A stretch of DNA of 64,000 nt, from the IMG/VR virus record IMGVR_UViG_3300037501_000255; one strand, 5' to 3'. A model generated the notes under the pieces. That model was not told the origin of the DNA and did no database searches. It was given only the letters and a program-made list of their open reading frames with translations. This DNA is from a virus (taxonomy: Duplodnaviria; Caudoviricetes). Made by a program: the position numbers and the translations under genes. Positions 29,265 through 40,066 of this stretch are shown piece by piece (positions within the stretch are counted from its first letter, which is position 1; every line of letters begins with the position of its first letter).

Positions 29265-31469
29265 ATTAGTGACCATGTTCCTCTATGTCTTTTTTAGCCT
29301 TACGTCGCTGACGCTTTACCGCATTACGCTTAGCTGTGCGACGCCCTTTTGAGGAGCGTGGCCCGTCAAACACGTTGCTGGTCATATCCCCGTAGTCCAA
29401 TCACTTATGGACTCCTTTAACATCTGTTATCCGAGTGAATTGAGCGGGCCTCCGTCATATGTGCCTTTCTCTAGACCACAGCGTTTTACAGCCGGACTTT
29501 ACGCGGCAGAATGTAGTGGCCAATGTGGCCTCTGTATTCATTATCATTATGGTGGCAGAAAAGTGTTGCACTCACACTCCAAACAGGCGTGGGCATTGCC
29601 GATGTGTACCGACTGTGGATCTCCGCAGTTACGACAGCGGTGCAGTTCTATTCCCTCTGATTCAAAAGCATCTTGTATGCCGTCACGCCACAACCTCTCT
29701 ATCTCGGCTACTAACTGCTGGCGTTTAATGGACACTGTGTGTGCGCTGGTATCGCCCTCGCATGCCTGCATATAGCGATTAATCGCGTCCCACATCTTCA
29801 CCTTTTTAAGTAGTGGTATTTCCATTTATCGGTGGCTCCTGTGCAATGCATATTGCGTACCGCAGAAACTTGGGCGAGTGCGCATGCGACACTCAGAATG
29901 ATGCGATCTGTAAAATAATATTATACTATTTATATTTACTCCGATGAGGGAAGCTTAATATTCCTGAGGGCCAACAGCTCTGCCTTAAACAATGCTAGGT
30001 GGTCTAACAGTTCACGAATGCGTTCATTTGCCTTAGACAACAGTGCTTGGTTTTTTCTATTCAAATCAACCAGACCTTTAAACCTAATCCTGTCGCCGGG
30101 TCGGCAGTCTCCGTACTTCATGCCCTCACCTATTGACTGAGCTGGGTTGGGCTTGCTGCCTTTTTATGGCTCTATCTAGACAACGTTCATATATATCGCA
30201 AGATCTATCTCGATGGGTAAATGAGCTGAACGGCGGCGGACGGTATGGCAGGCTGTGCTGCCAGCCATACTCGGTACAATACCCGTACCGCTCCTCTAAA
30301 GAGGAGCGCCTGTTCTCTTCTCCGCATTTGGGACATGCGGAATACTCATAAGAGCGCAGCCTGTGTTTACACTAGATTGCCTCCCCATTTCTATCAAAAT
30401 AGGTAATCTGCACATTCTTTGTGCGCGGGGAAAGTTGATTGCGCAAATATTCCACCGCCTCGGGATAAGTTGAAAATCCCGCAGAGTATAGCCACATTCC
30501 CATCTTTCGCTTTTGTACATAGAATGAAAAGTATTCGTGTGGGTCATGTACTATGCGCCAACGCGATCTTCGCCAGCATTCAAGTAGGCGAACCCACCAA
30601 CCCGAGCGAGCGGGTGGCGATGACATTACAGCCACCGGTAAAGTTTGCTCTGGCATATGCTTACTTATCCTCCTTCGGTTGAAAACTTTGCAACTATCTT
30701 CCAACACAGCAATCTTACAATTGCTTTCGGCTTGGGAAGACTCTGCCTTGCCCTGCACTTCCTTGACTCACACATTGTGGGGCGGGCTTTCGGACACGAC
30801 CTCCCTAATCTCGGGCTTGGTGTGGAGTTGGCGGGAGGCAATTGTTGTTTGTCGGCCTCAATTGTAAATTTGCTCCACACTTTACTTGCCGTTTCGGCAA
30901 AGCCGTTACGAAATGCTCTGCTCGCAGCAGCTACATGCCAATGTAGTCTCCCACCAAACACAATCAGGCTCGTGAGTAATGTGCTCTTTAATCCAAGCCT
31001 CTGCAGTATCTCTATCAGAGAAGATCTTATTTACCGTATCTGCACGGTCTGATACTGCCCAATTTCCAGTCAAGCGCGTGCAACTACCACACCTGCAACC
31101 ATCATCCATCTCATAATCTTCTTCAAGATTATATCGATACCCAAGTCTCGTTTCCACTAACTGCATAGCGCTAATACGATCAGTGCTAATACCTGTATGA
31201 ATCACATAGCCCTCTTTACTTATTTGCCACCTAAAAGCACTTGTGCTACCCGGCTCAGATAATACCTCACCGCGCCATATACCGCGTTGTAGATGCCAAG
31301 TGCTACCTCGCTTATCCCAACCAGGGTTAGGTAGTTGAATCATAAATACTCCTATCTTACAGATTAACTATGCCAATGGCAGAGCCGCCAAAGTATGAGG
31401 TAAGTGCTTCTTGCGGGTGGACTTATCATGCCGCTAGGCGGTCTATATCCAAGCCATAATTTAATTACT

Positions 31470-31968
31470 TTATTGTGCCGCTATATAGTCAGATGGAATA
31501 AACTTGAGATTGTCATCACCATCAGCTTTAGACAAGAACATGCTTGTCAATACTGCGGGATTCCCAACCAGCGTTATCATATCGCGGTTCTTCATGAATT
31601 CCACACGTCCTTCGTCATTAAGATAATATACTCGTGACACACCGGCATTCTTCAACTCATGCTGACATAGCATACAAGGCTTCGCACTCTTCACCTCTCT
31701 TGCGTCCGCAGCACTAGAGTTGTTAAAACGATAAACATAAATCTTGCACCCGCGAATACGTTTACCCATCTTTTTGATAAGATGGATTTCAGCATGCGTG
31801 CTGCAAAGAAATGTGGATTTGCCACGAATATAGCGGAGGCTATTCACGCCGACACAAATCGGTTTGCCGCCTGAAATGGCCAAGGCGATCACCTGATGCC
31901 GAAGATTATCATCTCTAAATTCAGAAGCGATACTCTCAGCGAGGTACTACAAAACTCCGAAAACTCAT
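31470..31968 (-). CDS. Zinc-dependent cytidine/deoxycytidylate deaminase family protein (5' frameshift)
   Basis: STHAEIH, SAKPCMLC, GVSRVYY. Confidence 0.8.
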
Positions 31969-34900
31969 AAATATACCCTTATTGTTTGCCACTTTTATCT
32001 AGCACACACAGCGCCTCTCTTTTGCGAGAGGTAGCTATCCGCCACAGCAGCGCATCTTTAGAGCACGCTCTCTTACGGCACAGATGCCAATAGGTTACAT
32101 AAAAGAGCTGTTACATTATCCCGTTCTCCGTGGTTGTCAGCATTCAGCAACTCGAACATGTCATCGGCACGGCGCGGCATAATTTACCGGTCTTCTTTAT
32201 TATTAAAGATAGACTTCATTAATAATATCAAATTCAGCTTGATAGTATCCGAAAGATGCCTTAAGATCTTTGAGGAATTCATGACTCATCTTGACACGAT
32301 CTTCCTCAGCACGCTGCTTGACCATTAATGCGTGCGCTACTTTGACATCATGCAATTCCCTCGCCAAAGGGAGGCGCCTTATCATGTACGCCTGCCTCAG
32401 TACCAATGCTAATATGCCATTCTTCGGAGTAGGTTCGGAATATTGCCCACCCCCCAATGCGGATCACATGTCCCGCGCAGAGCTCCTGCGTAATAAATTA
32501 TTTGTTTGTATCTTCTGATTCATCGGTTTGACGAAAATCATCATGCTGGCTAAGCATATACTTGATGGCAGAGATCACGTACTGCGTTGCTATCTCTGAG
32601 GTAAACTCTTCCGCATGCATTGTGGATTTGATTAGTTGCACAGCCTCATCATCAAGCACCCGCACGCGTTTAGCGCATTACGTGGGCCCCAATCCGATTC
32701 ATCTTGAGCTGGTGAGCCAACTCGATATCTGCAGTAGTCATGCGTTCCTTATTGCACAAAACTTGCTGTGTGATAGTAGTAAATTCCCGAGAGATTTCAA
32801 AGCCCTAACTGTGCCACGCAAGATACGGGAGGGCTTCTTATAGCATCAATCGTGCCGCCGCAGATACTTCTTCAGAGGAGGTATCACTGGGCGTTCGTCA
32901 GTGGAGCGGTCACGAGCGGCCTCCAACTGCATAAGGCGGGTAATCTCTTCCCGATGTTGCTCGTTGGGTTTAAATAGCGCAGCCATTTCTTTGATGGTAT
33001 AGAAAAGACGGTGTGGTTTATCGCCAAATCTATATGCGTCGTTAAGTAGATGTCCTACCCATTTACGGAGTGTTTCGTCGTCCACAGCGGTTCCTTATCA
33101 GGCAATAGCCTTTTTAATCCTACCATTCTAGAATAGCCCAATATATCTTTGGGCTCAACCACCTGTGTTGTAAGGTACTCCGGCGAGTCAGTAGGACTCG
33201 GTATGCCGTAATACCGGTATATGCTCGGCCATTTGAAGTACAACACTACCGTTTCACGCGTAACTGTATAGTGATTCTCTGCAAGACTAAACCACAGCCA
33301 CGGTCTACCTTTCCAAATAAATTGCGGAATCAAATCGCGCGTTATGATGTTCGGCAGGTTTTTTGACCTGAGTAAGGCGAGCGGCTATTCGTTGGTGCCT
33401 GGCAATCTCAATATCAGCCAGGTATCTAAAGAAGGGGCGCACTGTTACTCCTGTCTTACAGAATTCCGGCAGTTTCTTATTGCACAAAAGTCCTAGAAAA
33501 CTGGGGGAATTTTTTTCGGTAGGGTCGGATGTTGCACAAGGGTTGAAAAATTGAGCGGCAAATCGGGGTCCCTATAGCACTTTTAACCCCCTTTGGACGC
33601 TCAAATATTTTTTCAAAGACCCTGTTTTCTCACTTTTCGATCGACCCTTCCGGAAAAATCGCAACCTCTTCTGGAAAATTTTCGACCTCTTCGTGTTTTT
33701 CAGCAACCCCCTCCTCAGAAATTGGGGCGGCTTCCCCTTCCTGTTCGGCTTGTTCGCCCATTTCCAGTAGAGCATCAGGGTAGTATGGAAGTGTTCGGGT
33801 AGGCGTGGTCTCTCTAGCTGACCGTGTGACCCGGGGATACTTTCGGAATGCAAATGCTGCTGTAACAAGTGTGCCTAGTGCAGCGGTCATGAGTAGTAGT
33901 TTTCTAATCATTCGGTTTTCCAGAATGGTTTACATGGTGTGGTTAGCTGGTCTTCGGGACTTGGCATTTGCTTTGTGGAGCGGCCAAGTGGGTCTATGAC
34001 ATAGCAGTAGGCATTCTTTCGGTGGTCGTAATTGGTGGCGACGATATAACCTCGGGTGCCAGAGACATGTATGATTTCCTGGTCTTTTTATAGGCCGGTG
34101 GTTCGGGTAGGATGTGTGTGATTTCGAGTGGGGCAACTTGCAGATCGTGTGAGGGAGGGGGTCATCTACATTGCGCACATTGTAATAGCCGGTGTCTCGG
34201 CTATACTCAAGCACTCGATACACTCCTTCGCCGATGTAGCTTTGTAAGGTTACGAAGTCTTCGGGATTGGGGTACATATTTTCACCAGTTTCTCGTAGTG
34301 GGTGTCGGCAACCCAACCGGGTTTGTAATTCTCCCATAGCACAAAAACTCGTTCTCAGAGGCGGGGAGGGTAGGAGTTGTCTATGTATTCTTCGTAAATT
34401 TCTGCAATGACACCTACTAGACACTCGTGTTCGCGGTTGGGGACATCAGCGCTATGGAACCAAGCTACTCGATCTCCGATTCGGAAGGGGTTTTTGTGGT
34501 GCAGCATTTGATTAACTCCAATTCATGAAACCAGTAGGGCCCATCGGGAATTTGGTTTCCTAAATAATCAAATAAATCAAGATAATAGGTCCAACCTGAT
34601 GGTCCGCGCCACCCTTCGCCAGCTACATTAGCTGTATCGTCATCGCGCCACATTGGGTAGCTATAGACTATCCCGTAAGCAGCAGTTGTAAACAGCCAGT
34701 CCATACTGGTGTCGTAGAATTCTGTGGCGGTAATATATACCTTATCACCCCGCTTCAGCGTAGGCCGTTGTGTTATTTCTGGCAGCATTCTATAAGCTCC
34801 AGTTCGTGGTAGTGGGCTTAATCGAAGAATTAGTTATTATCAATAATTTCAAGATGATACCATCACTGTTACAACCAGACACTTCAGCGATTCCCTCATC

Positions 34901-35029
34901 GTCTTCGTATCCAGCCACCGAGTCTCATGCATTGCTCTGGCCCGATAACCGGTTGCAGTTAGCATGGAGGGTTCAGTAAATTCGTTTTTAATTATATATA
35001 CCCAGTTACCACGCTTGAAGCGGGGTGAC

Positions 35030-35338
35030 TCACTCATTTGCTGGCCCATCGATAGCTACCATCATTACCTGGTCATTACAAGGAACAAGGACAAAATTAG
35101 TTGCCCCAGCTATAGTTGCCGCAAAGTGACAAAGGTCAGTCCTAGTATCATGAAAGTAGAAGCTTGCCTTAAAGCTCTCAGCCTCGTAGTAGTGGGCAGG
35201 GCGGGAGGTAGGCGAGGGTGGCCGTGGAGTGATCCCGCAGCCGATCAGCAGGGCCAGCATAGCCACCACGCCAACCATCATCAACACGCCCGTAAAGGTA
35301 GCAAAGAGAACTCGCTCAATATTAATGCTCATAGACAC
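35030..35338 (-). CDS. Putative membrane/lipoprotein
   Basis: Hydrophobic N-terminus ending LLIGC; YFHDTRTDLC...VPC. Confidence 0.55.
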   Translation of the reverse strand: MSMSINIERVLFATFTGVLMMVGVVAMLALLIGCGITPRPPSPTSRPAHYYEAESFKASFYFHDTRTDLCHFAATIAGATNFVLVPCNDQVMMVAIDGPANE

Positions 35339-35392
35339 TCCTGGGTTCTCGGGCAGATTCGCTCCGAGTATGTAGCGGTGTACCTAGTGAGG

Positions 35393-35402
35393 TAATTAAT
35401 TA
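35393..35402. promoter_or_regulatory. TAATTAATTA motif
   Basis: Exact copy about 55 bp upstream of ORF 35030..35338. Confidence 0.5.
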
Positions 35403-35674
35403 TTGGTCCTGTCTGTACGGCAAGGTATGTCCCGCGCACGCATACGCGCGATCGCGCACGATCAGTAGGTGTGAACGGATGTTCATAATGTAAGTTATTT
35501 ATTAACTGCCAGATAGGGTATACACTGAGGGCAGTAGAGATCAGGTAGGAGGGCCGGAGTTCATGGAGTATATTCCCCCGGCGGCCCCGTGATCTTATAG
35601 ATCGCTTTTTTCCCAAAAATATTTGAAACCGTGGACTCTAAACTATTATTGCTACCAGCAGGAGTTAATGTTAG

Positions 35675-35684
35675 TAATTAATTA
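35675..35684. promoter_or_regulatory. TAATTAATTA motif
   Basis: Exact copy in a long non-coding stretch. Confidence 0.5.
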
Positions 35685-35941
35685 ACCGAAAAAGTTTCGA
35701 CACTACCCCCTTTTGCAAAACCATATGCCTATTACGAGGCATGCGTGGGCCCTAAGACGGCCTGTAATTTTTGCTAATGGGGTCAGCAAAGATCGGGTGA
35801 GAGGACCCTCATGCTCCCGCGTTTATTTGCGTGCTTTTTGACGCTCTCGCTTCTGGTTATTCTTAAGCGGAGGATGGCAGAGCCCGCAGTCTTGGTGGCC
35901 GGCGATGTTAGGGCGGCGAGTGCGTTTATATCCAGGCTTTT

Positions 35942-36220
35942 TCATGTGGACACACCTTGGCGGATAGCGAGGGCCTCATCTTGCGTGAGGCTCCTGGGTT
36001 GCGGCTCCACGATAGGCTCCTCAGGAGCCATATCAGCACGGGCATGGGCTTTGCCGCACTCAGGGTGGAAGCGAACGGTGTTAATCATACCGTCCTCCAC
36101 ATACCGCTGCTCGCGATATTTCTCACCCTTTTTGATATGGGCCCAGCACCACATGCACTGCCAGATTGAAGATGTCCCAGGGCGGTGTGCGACGCGAGTG
36201 ATATCAGCAAGTACAGTCAT
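35942..36220 (-). CDS. Hypothetical protein with CxxC...H-x-x-C
   Basis: CMWCWAHIKKGEKY...RFHPEC. Confidence 0.65.
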   Translation of the reverse strand: MTVLADITRVAHRPGTSSIWQCMWCWAHIKKGEKYREQRYVEDGMINTVRFHPECGKAHARADMAPEEPIVEPQPRSLTQDEALAIRQGVST

Positions 36221-36424
36221 CTATTTATCCGCTGTTCCAATTTCTCTAGGAAAACCGTGTACCCAGGGAGGTGTTCACGGATAATGTCCTCAGCCTCGTC
36301 AAGCAGGAGCTCGACCTCGGTAAGTTCGGCTTTAAGACGATTGACGTAGTGAGAGCCTTTGGATTCTCCGGGATTTTAATGGGGTGTGCGCAGGGCCCAT
36401 CATGTCCTTCCGCGCGCGTGTGGC

Positions 36425-36900
36425 TCAGACCGGATCGATCAGGCCGACCAGGGTGCGCACGCCGAAGCCGACGCCGCCCTTGGCGATGTAGCCCCACTCC
36501 TTGTCGGTGTCCGCCGGACCCGCGGCCAACGAGAAACGGCTGCGCACCGTCGGCCGTCCAGGTGCCACCTCCGCTCATGCCACCCAGATCGGGCACCGCT
36601 TCGACCTCGCCGGTACGCGGATCGATGGCCTCTGGCCCTAGCGTGATGGGCAGGGCTGCGGGCCGTTGGTCGTCGACAGCCGCAGGGTCGTAAACACTCT
36701 CCGCGACGAGTCCGAGGTGACGGCGCATCCCGGGGAGCAGGTCGCTCCGCTGCGCCGCCGGGACCCCGCTGAGCAAGAACGGGAGTGGAACCTCCGGCAA
36801 CTCCCGCGCGACGAAGACCGCCAAGGCGTCCGCGTCGACCGCCCGCCCCGACAGCGGCACGCTACCCATGGCAGTCGACTCGACCTCAGCGCGATCTATC
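36425..36900 (-). pseudogene. 3' fragment of a bacterial trypsin-like serine protease
   Basis: ...VPDLGGMSGGGTW (GxSGG nucleophile-type motif); shifted frame ends DKEWGYIAKGGVGFGVRTLVGLIDPV*; no start. Confidence 0.4.
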
Positions 36901-37224
36901 TCGATCCGCGACGGCGCGCCCGCGGATCGCGCCGGCGTGAAGGCGCAGGACAAGATCGTGAAGATCGGCGAGGAGTCCACGGTCAACATGGGCCTCGACG
37001 AGGCCGTCGAGCGCCTGCGCGGCAAGCCCGGCACGCCCGTGGTGATCTGGATTCTGCGCAAGGGCTGGGAGGAGCCGCAGCGCTTCGAGATCGTGCGCGA
37101 CATCATCAAGATCGACTCGGTGACGAGCCAGCTCCTCGCGATCGCGCCCGCGGTCCAGGGCAAGGACGCCAAGCCCGCGAAGGACGCCCGCGATCCCAAG
37201 GAGGCGCCGCGCGTCGGCTACGTG
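36900..37224 (+). pseudogene. Internal fragment (PDZ region) of a carboxyl-terminal processing protease, S41 family
   Basis: DGAPADRAGVKAQDKIVKIGEESTVNMGLDEAVERLRGKPGTPVVIWILRKGWEEPQRFEIVRDIIKIDSVTSQLL...RVGYV. Confidence 0.85.
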
Positions 37225-37826
37225 AATCTTCCGCTTTGAGTTTGCGGCGGGCCCATCTGCGGAGCGCCGGCCTTCTCTTGTGGTGATAGCGATTGCAGCA
37301 GTCGCAGTGCATTCCGCCAGGACCACGCTTTCCATGCATGATTTTTGCCATCGGATCAGCCTGTGTCCTCCAAAAGAAAACCAGCGGGGTTGGCTACCCG
37401 CATCTCCCGGATACAATCCGGGGCTTTAATTAAGCTATGGTTAAGGGATTGGTCTAAAAGGCGTCGGTGGGGCATTTGTTTTCAACCATAGAAAGATAAC
37501 CCGCTAACTGTCGGACCAAAAGAGAGTCGGGTCAAAAGAGCGGCTATGGGGATTGTCTGGTAAATATAGATAACCCATGTGCCTGCAGACCCAGAAAAGG
37601 TGCGATACGGTAGTTGCGGCGGCATCACAACCCCGTAATTTTTACGATACATCTGTCTGGTATTCAACTTTCCGGCGTGTAGTGCGGCGCCTGGAACTTT
37701 ACTCGTCAGAACAGATTATCCTTGCCCTTACCTCGCTACCGTATCGCAGGGGTAGTATGGGACGAGGTGGGTGGTTGGACGCCAACTATTTAACTTGTTC
37801 AGCGTCAGCGACGGGGACCACGCCCG

Positions 37827-38141
37827 TCACGCGTAGTTGGTCTCCATATTCGGCGGGCTGTAAAGCCACTGGTGGTAGGTCAACTCCACCCTGCGTCCCG
37901 TGCGCATGGCCTCCTGTACCTGTGCCACTGCCTCAGGTTCGACCGTAAAGGTGAATTTCTCAGCCTGCACAGCCGACATACCAGCAGGAAGAGCCATCAA
38001 CAACTCCCCCTCCCAGGACTTGAGGATCACACCTTTTTCTGAGAGCTTGGTGACCACACCCACACGGGTGCCAGTCGAGTAATTGGGAAAGCAGGCTGAG
38101 AGACCCGCCGCAAACAAAACTGCCAACATCATACGCTTCAT
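37827..38141 (-). CDS. Conserved phage lipoprotein
   Basis: Lipobox LSAC; YSTGTRVGVVTKLSEKG...KSWEGEL...V.LTYHQ. Confidence 0.75.
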   Translation of the reverse strand: MKRMMLAVLFAAGLSACFPNYSTGTRVGVVTKLSEKGVILKSWEGELLMALPAGMSAVQAEKFTFTVEPEAVAQVQEAMRTGRRVELTYHQWLYSPPNMETNYA

Positions 38142-38149
38142 GTATTCTC

Positions 38150-38977
38150 CTATTCAAAATCGCTGTCATCCAGTGCCAACACCCGCTGCTCTTGCTGCTT
38201 TGCCGCCAGTTTGGCCGCCCGCTTCGCCTTGCGCTTTTTATTCTTGGGGCTATCCTCGGTACGGAAGCTCCACTTATCATATCCGTGTGCATGTGCTTTC
38301 AATTCATCAGTAGTCTTGGGGATAGGATTAACCTGCTGCGCAAGGTTATTGCCCAGGAACATTGAAAGCTCCTGGTAAGCAGTGAATGGGTCCATAACCG
38401 TATGAAAATTAAGCAGACGCAAATTGGGATTGATGAGGAGAGTTTTCACCGCAATCACGGGGCCTTTTCACGGATGAATGCCTCATCATCAATTTTACCG
38501 TGGGTTTTCATATGTTCGTGCCACGCTTCCCAGGTGGCGACATTCAATGCCCCCAACCACCACCGTGGGGTCCAGGAGTGTGAGACTTCTTACCCGCCAG
38601 CGCAACCAGCATTTCCTTGAGTGGGTCGGTCAGATGCCGGTAGCCGGTCTCACCGTTGTAGCTCTTAATCTTTTTATTGAGTGCCGACACAATCTGGGCA
38701 AGAGTATAACAAACGGTATCGGAAACAATCCAGAACGGATACGCTCTGCCACAGAATGCTACACAACCCATCTCCGACCGGCCTCGGGGACTACCATAGC
38801 CCCATCGGCTGTCCCCGGGCATGTGCGGCTGCAGGAGAGGCATGACATGATTGGCCGCCCAGCTCCTCTCCTTGGTTTCGTACTCGGCAGGCTGGCGCAA
38901 GTAGAAGGGGTGTGGGTCCCGGTCATTGGCCAGAACCACATCATAGTAGTCGCGGAAGGGGGGCTGGCGATTTTCAT
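38150..38977 (-). pseudogene. Conserved jumbo-phage hypothetical protein in three frames
   Basis: MKIASPP.YYDDV / ...VAFCGRAYPF... / ...MDPFTAYQELSMFLGN...AHGYDKWSFR. Confidence 0.6.
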
Positions 38978-39057
38978 GACATCTTCCTCATCGTCATACG
39001 GCACCGCAGAATGTCATAGCCGTACTAACGCTCGGCCTCAACCCAAAACACGTCCTG

Positions 39058-39285
39058 CTAGACCCAAGAGGCCCTAGAGGCCCCAGAGGCCCCAGAGGCC
39101 CCAGAGGCCCAAGAGGCCCTAGAGGCCCCAGAGGCCCCAGAGGCCCCAGAGGCCCAAGAGGCCCCAGAGGCCCAAGAGGCCCCAGAGGCCCCAGAGGCCC
39201 CAGAGGCCCAAGAGGCCCCAGAGGCCCCAGAGGCCCCAGAGGCCCTAGAGGCCCCGGAATAAAGAAGAGCAACAGGATTAATCAT
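39058..39285 (-). CDS. Low-complexity peptide MINPVALLY-(S[G/W/R]A)n, 75 aa
   Basis: ORF track; starts 3 nt after the stop of the paralog upstream. Confidence 0.55.
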   Translation of the reverse strand: MINPVALLYSGASRASGASGASGASWASGASGASGASWASGASWASGASGASGASRASWASGASGASGASRASWV

Positions 39286-39288
39286 ATA

Positions 39289-39432
39289 TCACCCAGAGGC
39301 CCTAGAAGGCCCAGAGGCCCCAGAGGCCCCAGAGGCCCCAGAGGCCCCAGAGGCCCAAGAGGCCCAAGAGGCCCCAGAGGCCCAAGAGGCCCAAGAGGCC
39401 CCGGAATAAAGAAGAGCAACAGGATTAATCAT
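39289..39432 (-). CDS. Low-complexity peptide MINPVALLY-(S[G/W/R]A)n, 47 aa
   Basis: Manual translation [47 protein letters not shown]. Confidence 0.5.
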   Translation of the reverse strand: MINPVALLYSGASWASWASGASWASWASGASGASGASGASGPSRASG

Positions 39433-39514
39433 ATATCACCCAGAGGCCCTAAAATAATACAAAATGATTTATCATTAAAATGAAAGCCCTAGGAAGGTTA
39501 TCCTCCTCATGTTG

Positions 39515-39841
39515 TCAGCGAACGGTCGTCGATGTGGGGATCGAGTGCAGAACAACATCAAACACAATTGTGTCTTTCTTTACTCGCAAAATGCTTTCAT
39601 CCCCCATATACTCGACACTTTGTGGGGCATTCCTACCTTGCGCCTGGAAAAAGGCACCAAAGCGACCAACTTCCTGAACCCAAGACGGAGTACGGAAATA
39701 GACATGCGACTCAGTCACGCGAACACACTCTCCAGTAAAGATCCACAACGTCGCGGTCTGAATGATATAATTCTCTCCCACAACAAAGTCAGCAGAATCT
39801 TCATCGCAAACTTCAAGCTCATCAACTTCATTTTCTTGCAT
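39515..39841 (-). CDS. Conserved small beta-rich hypothetical protein
   Basis: VGENYIIQTAT..FTGEC.......F..PSWV...GRF; immediately upstream of the repeat peptides. Confidence 0.7.
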   Translation of the reverse strand: MQENEVDELEVCDEDSADFVVGENYIIQTATLWIFTGECVRVTESHVYFRTPSWVQEVGRFGAFFQAQGRNAPQSVEYMGDESILRVKKDTIVFDVVLHSIPTSTTVR

Positions 39842-39907
39842 ATTATACTCTACTTTTTTGTTTATAGGTCTTTGCCCTACACCAATATCTTGCTTTGTAC
39901 TAGTGGC

Positions 39908-39921
39908 GGTAATTAATTACC
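39908..39921. promoter_or_regulatory. Perfect 14 bp palindrome GGTAATTAATTACC
   Basis: Read directly; last exact TAATTAATTA copy in the window. Confidence 0.5.
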
Positions 39922-40066
39922 ACCCTTGCTCGACGATGCGCATGGTATCCATATTGAGTGGAAGGTCAGGCAACTTTTGATTTGATTCCGAGCATCCTGT
40001 AGCTTGAGTTGCCATTTTGGTTTCTTCCTAATATCTCCCTTGTGAGTGCGGAAACTCCACTGAAGA

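Larger units (their letters stand above)
36421..37224. mobile_element. GC-rich bacterial DNA insert (two gene fragments) with a 4 bp CGTG duplication
   Basis: Abrupt jump to very high GC; CGTG at 36417-36420 and 37221-37224; excision rejoins phage-like coding sequence. Confidence 0.6.
39058..39450. repeat. Two arrays of a 9 bp tandem repeat GAGGCCC[C/A/T]A plus a duplicated spacer of about 55 bp
   Basis: Read directly; GAGGCCCCGGAATAAAGAAGAGCAACAGGATTAATCATATATCACCCAGAGGCCCT occurs twice. Confidence 0.95.

Noticed and set aside
33482-33600. Genome terminus or packaging site in the homopolymer-rich gaps at about 33.5 kb and 35.6-35.8 kb
   Set aside because: No repeat or other positive sequence evidence; would need read-end pile-ups.
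36271-36400. Plus-strand gene MFTDNVLSLVKQELDLGK
   Set aside because: Antisense shadow; the minus frame (...VNRLKAELTEVELLLDEAEDIIREHL...INR*) is more protein-like and couples by ATGA to the next gene.
36393-37257. GGGCCCATC 9 bp direct repeat as the boundary of the GC-rich insert
   Set aside because: The right copy lies inside the phage ORF (RRWARRKLK), and excision there gives a poorer frame than the CGTG junction.
38994-39272. Collagen-like (GPL)n ORF
   Set aside because: An alternative frame of the same repeat; its start lacks the coupling and duplicated leader seen for the MINPVALLY frame. Not fully excluded.
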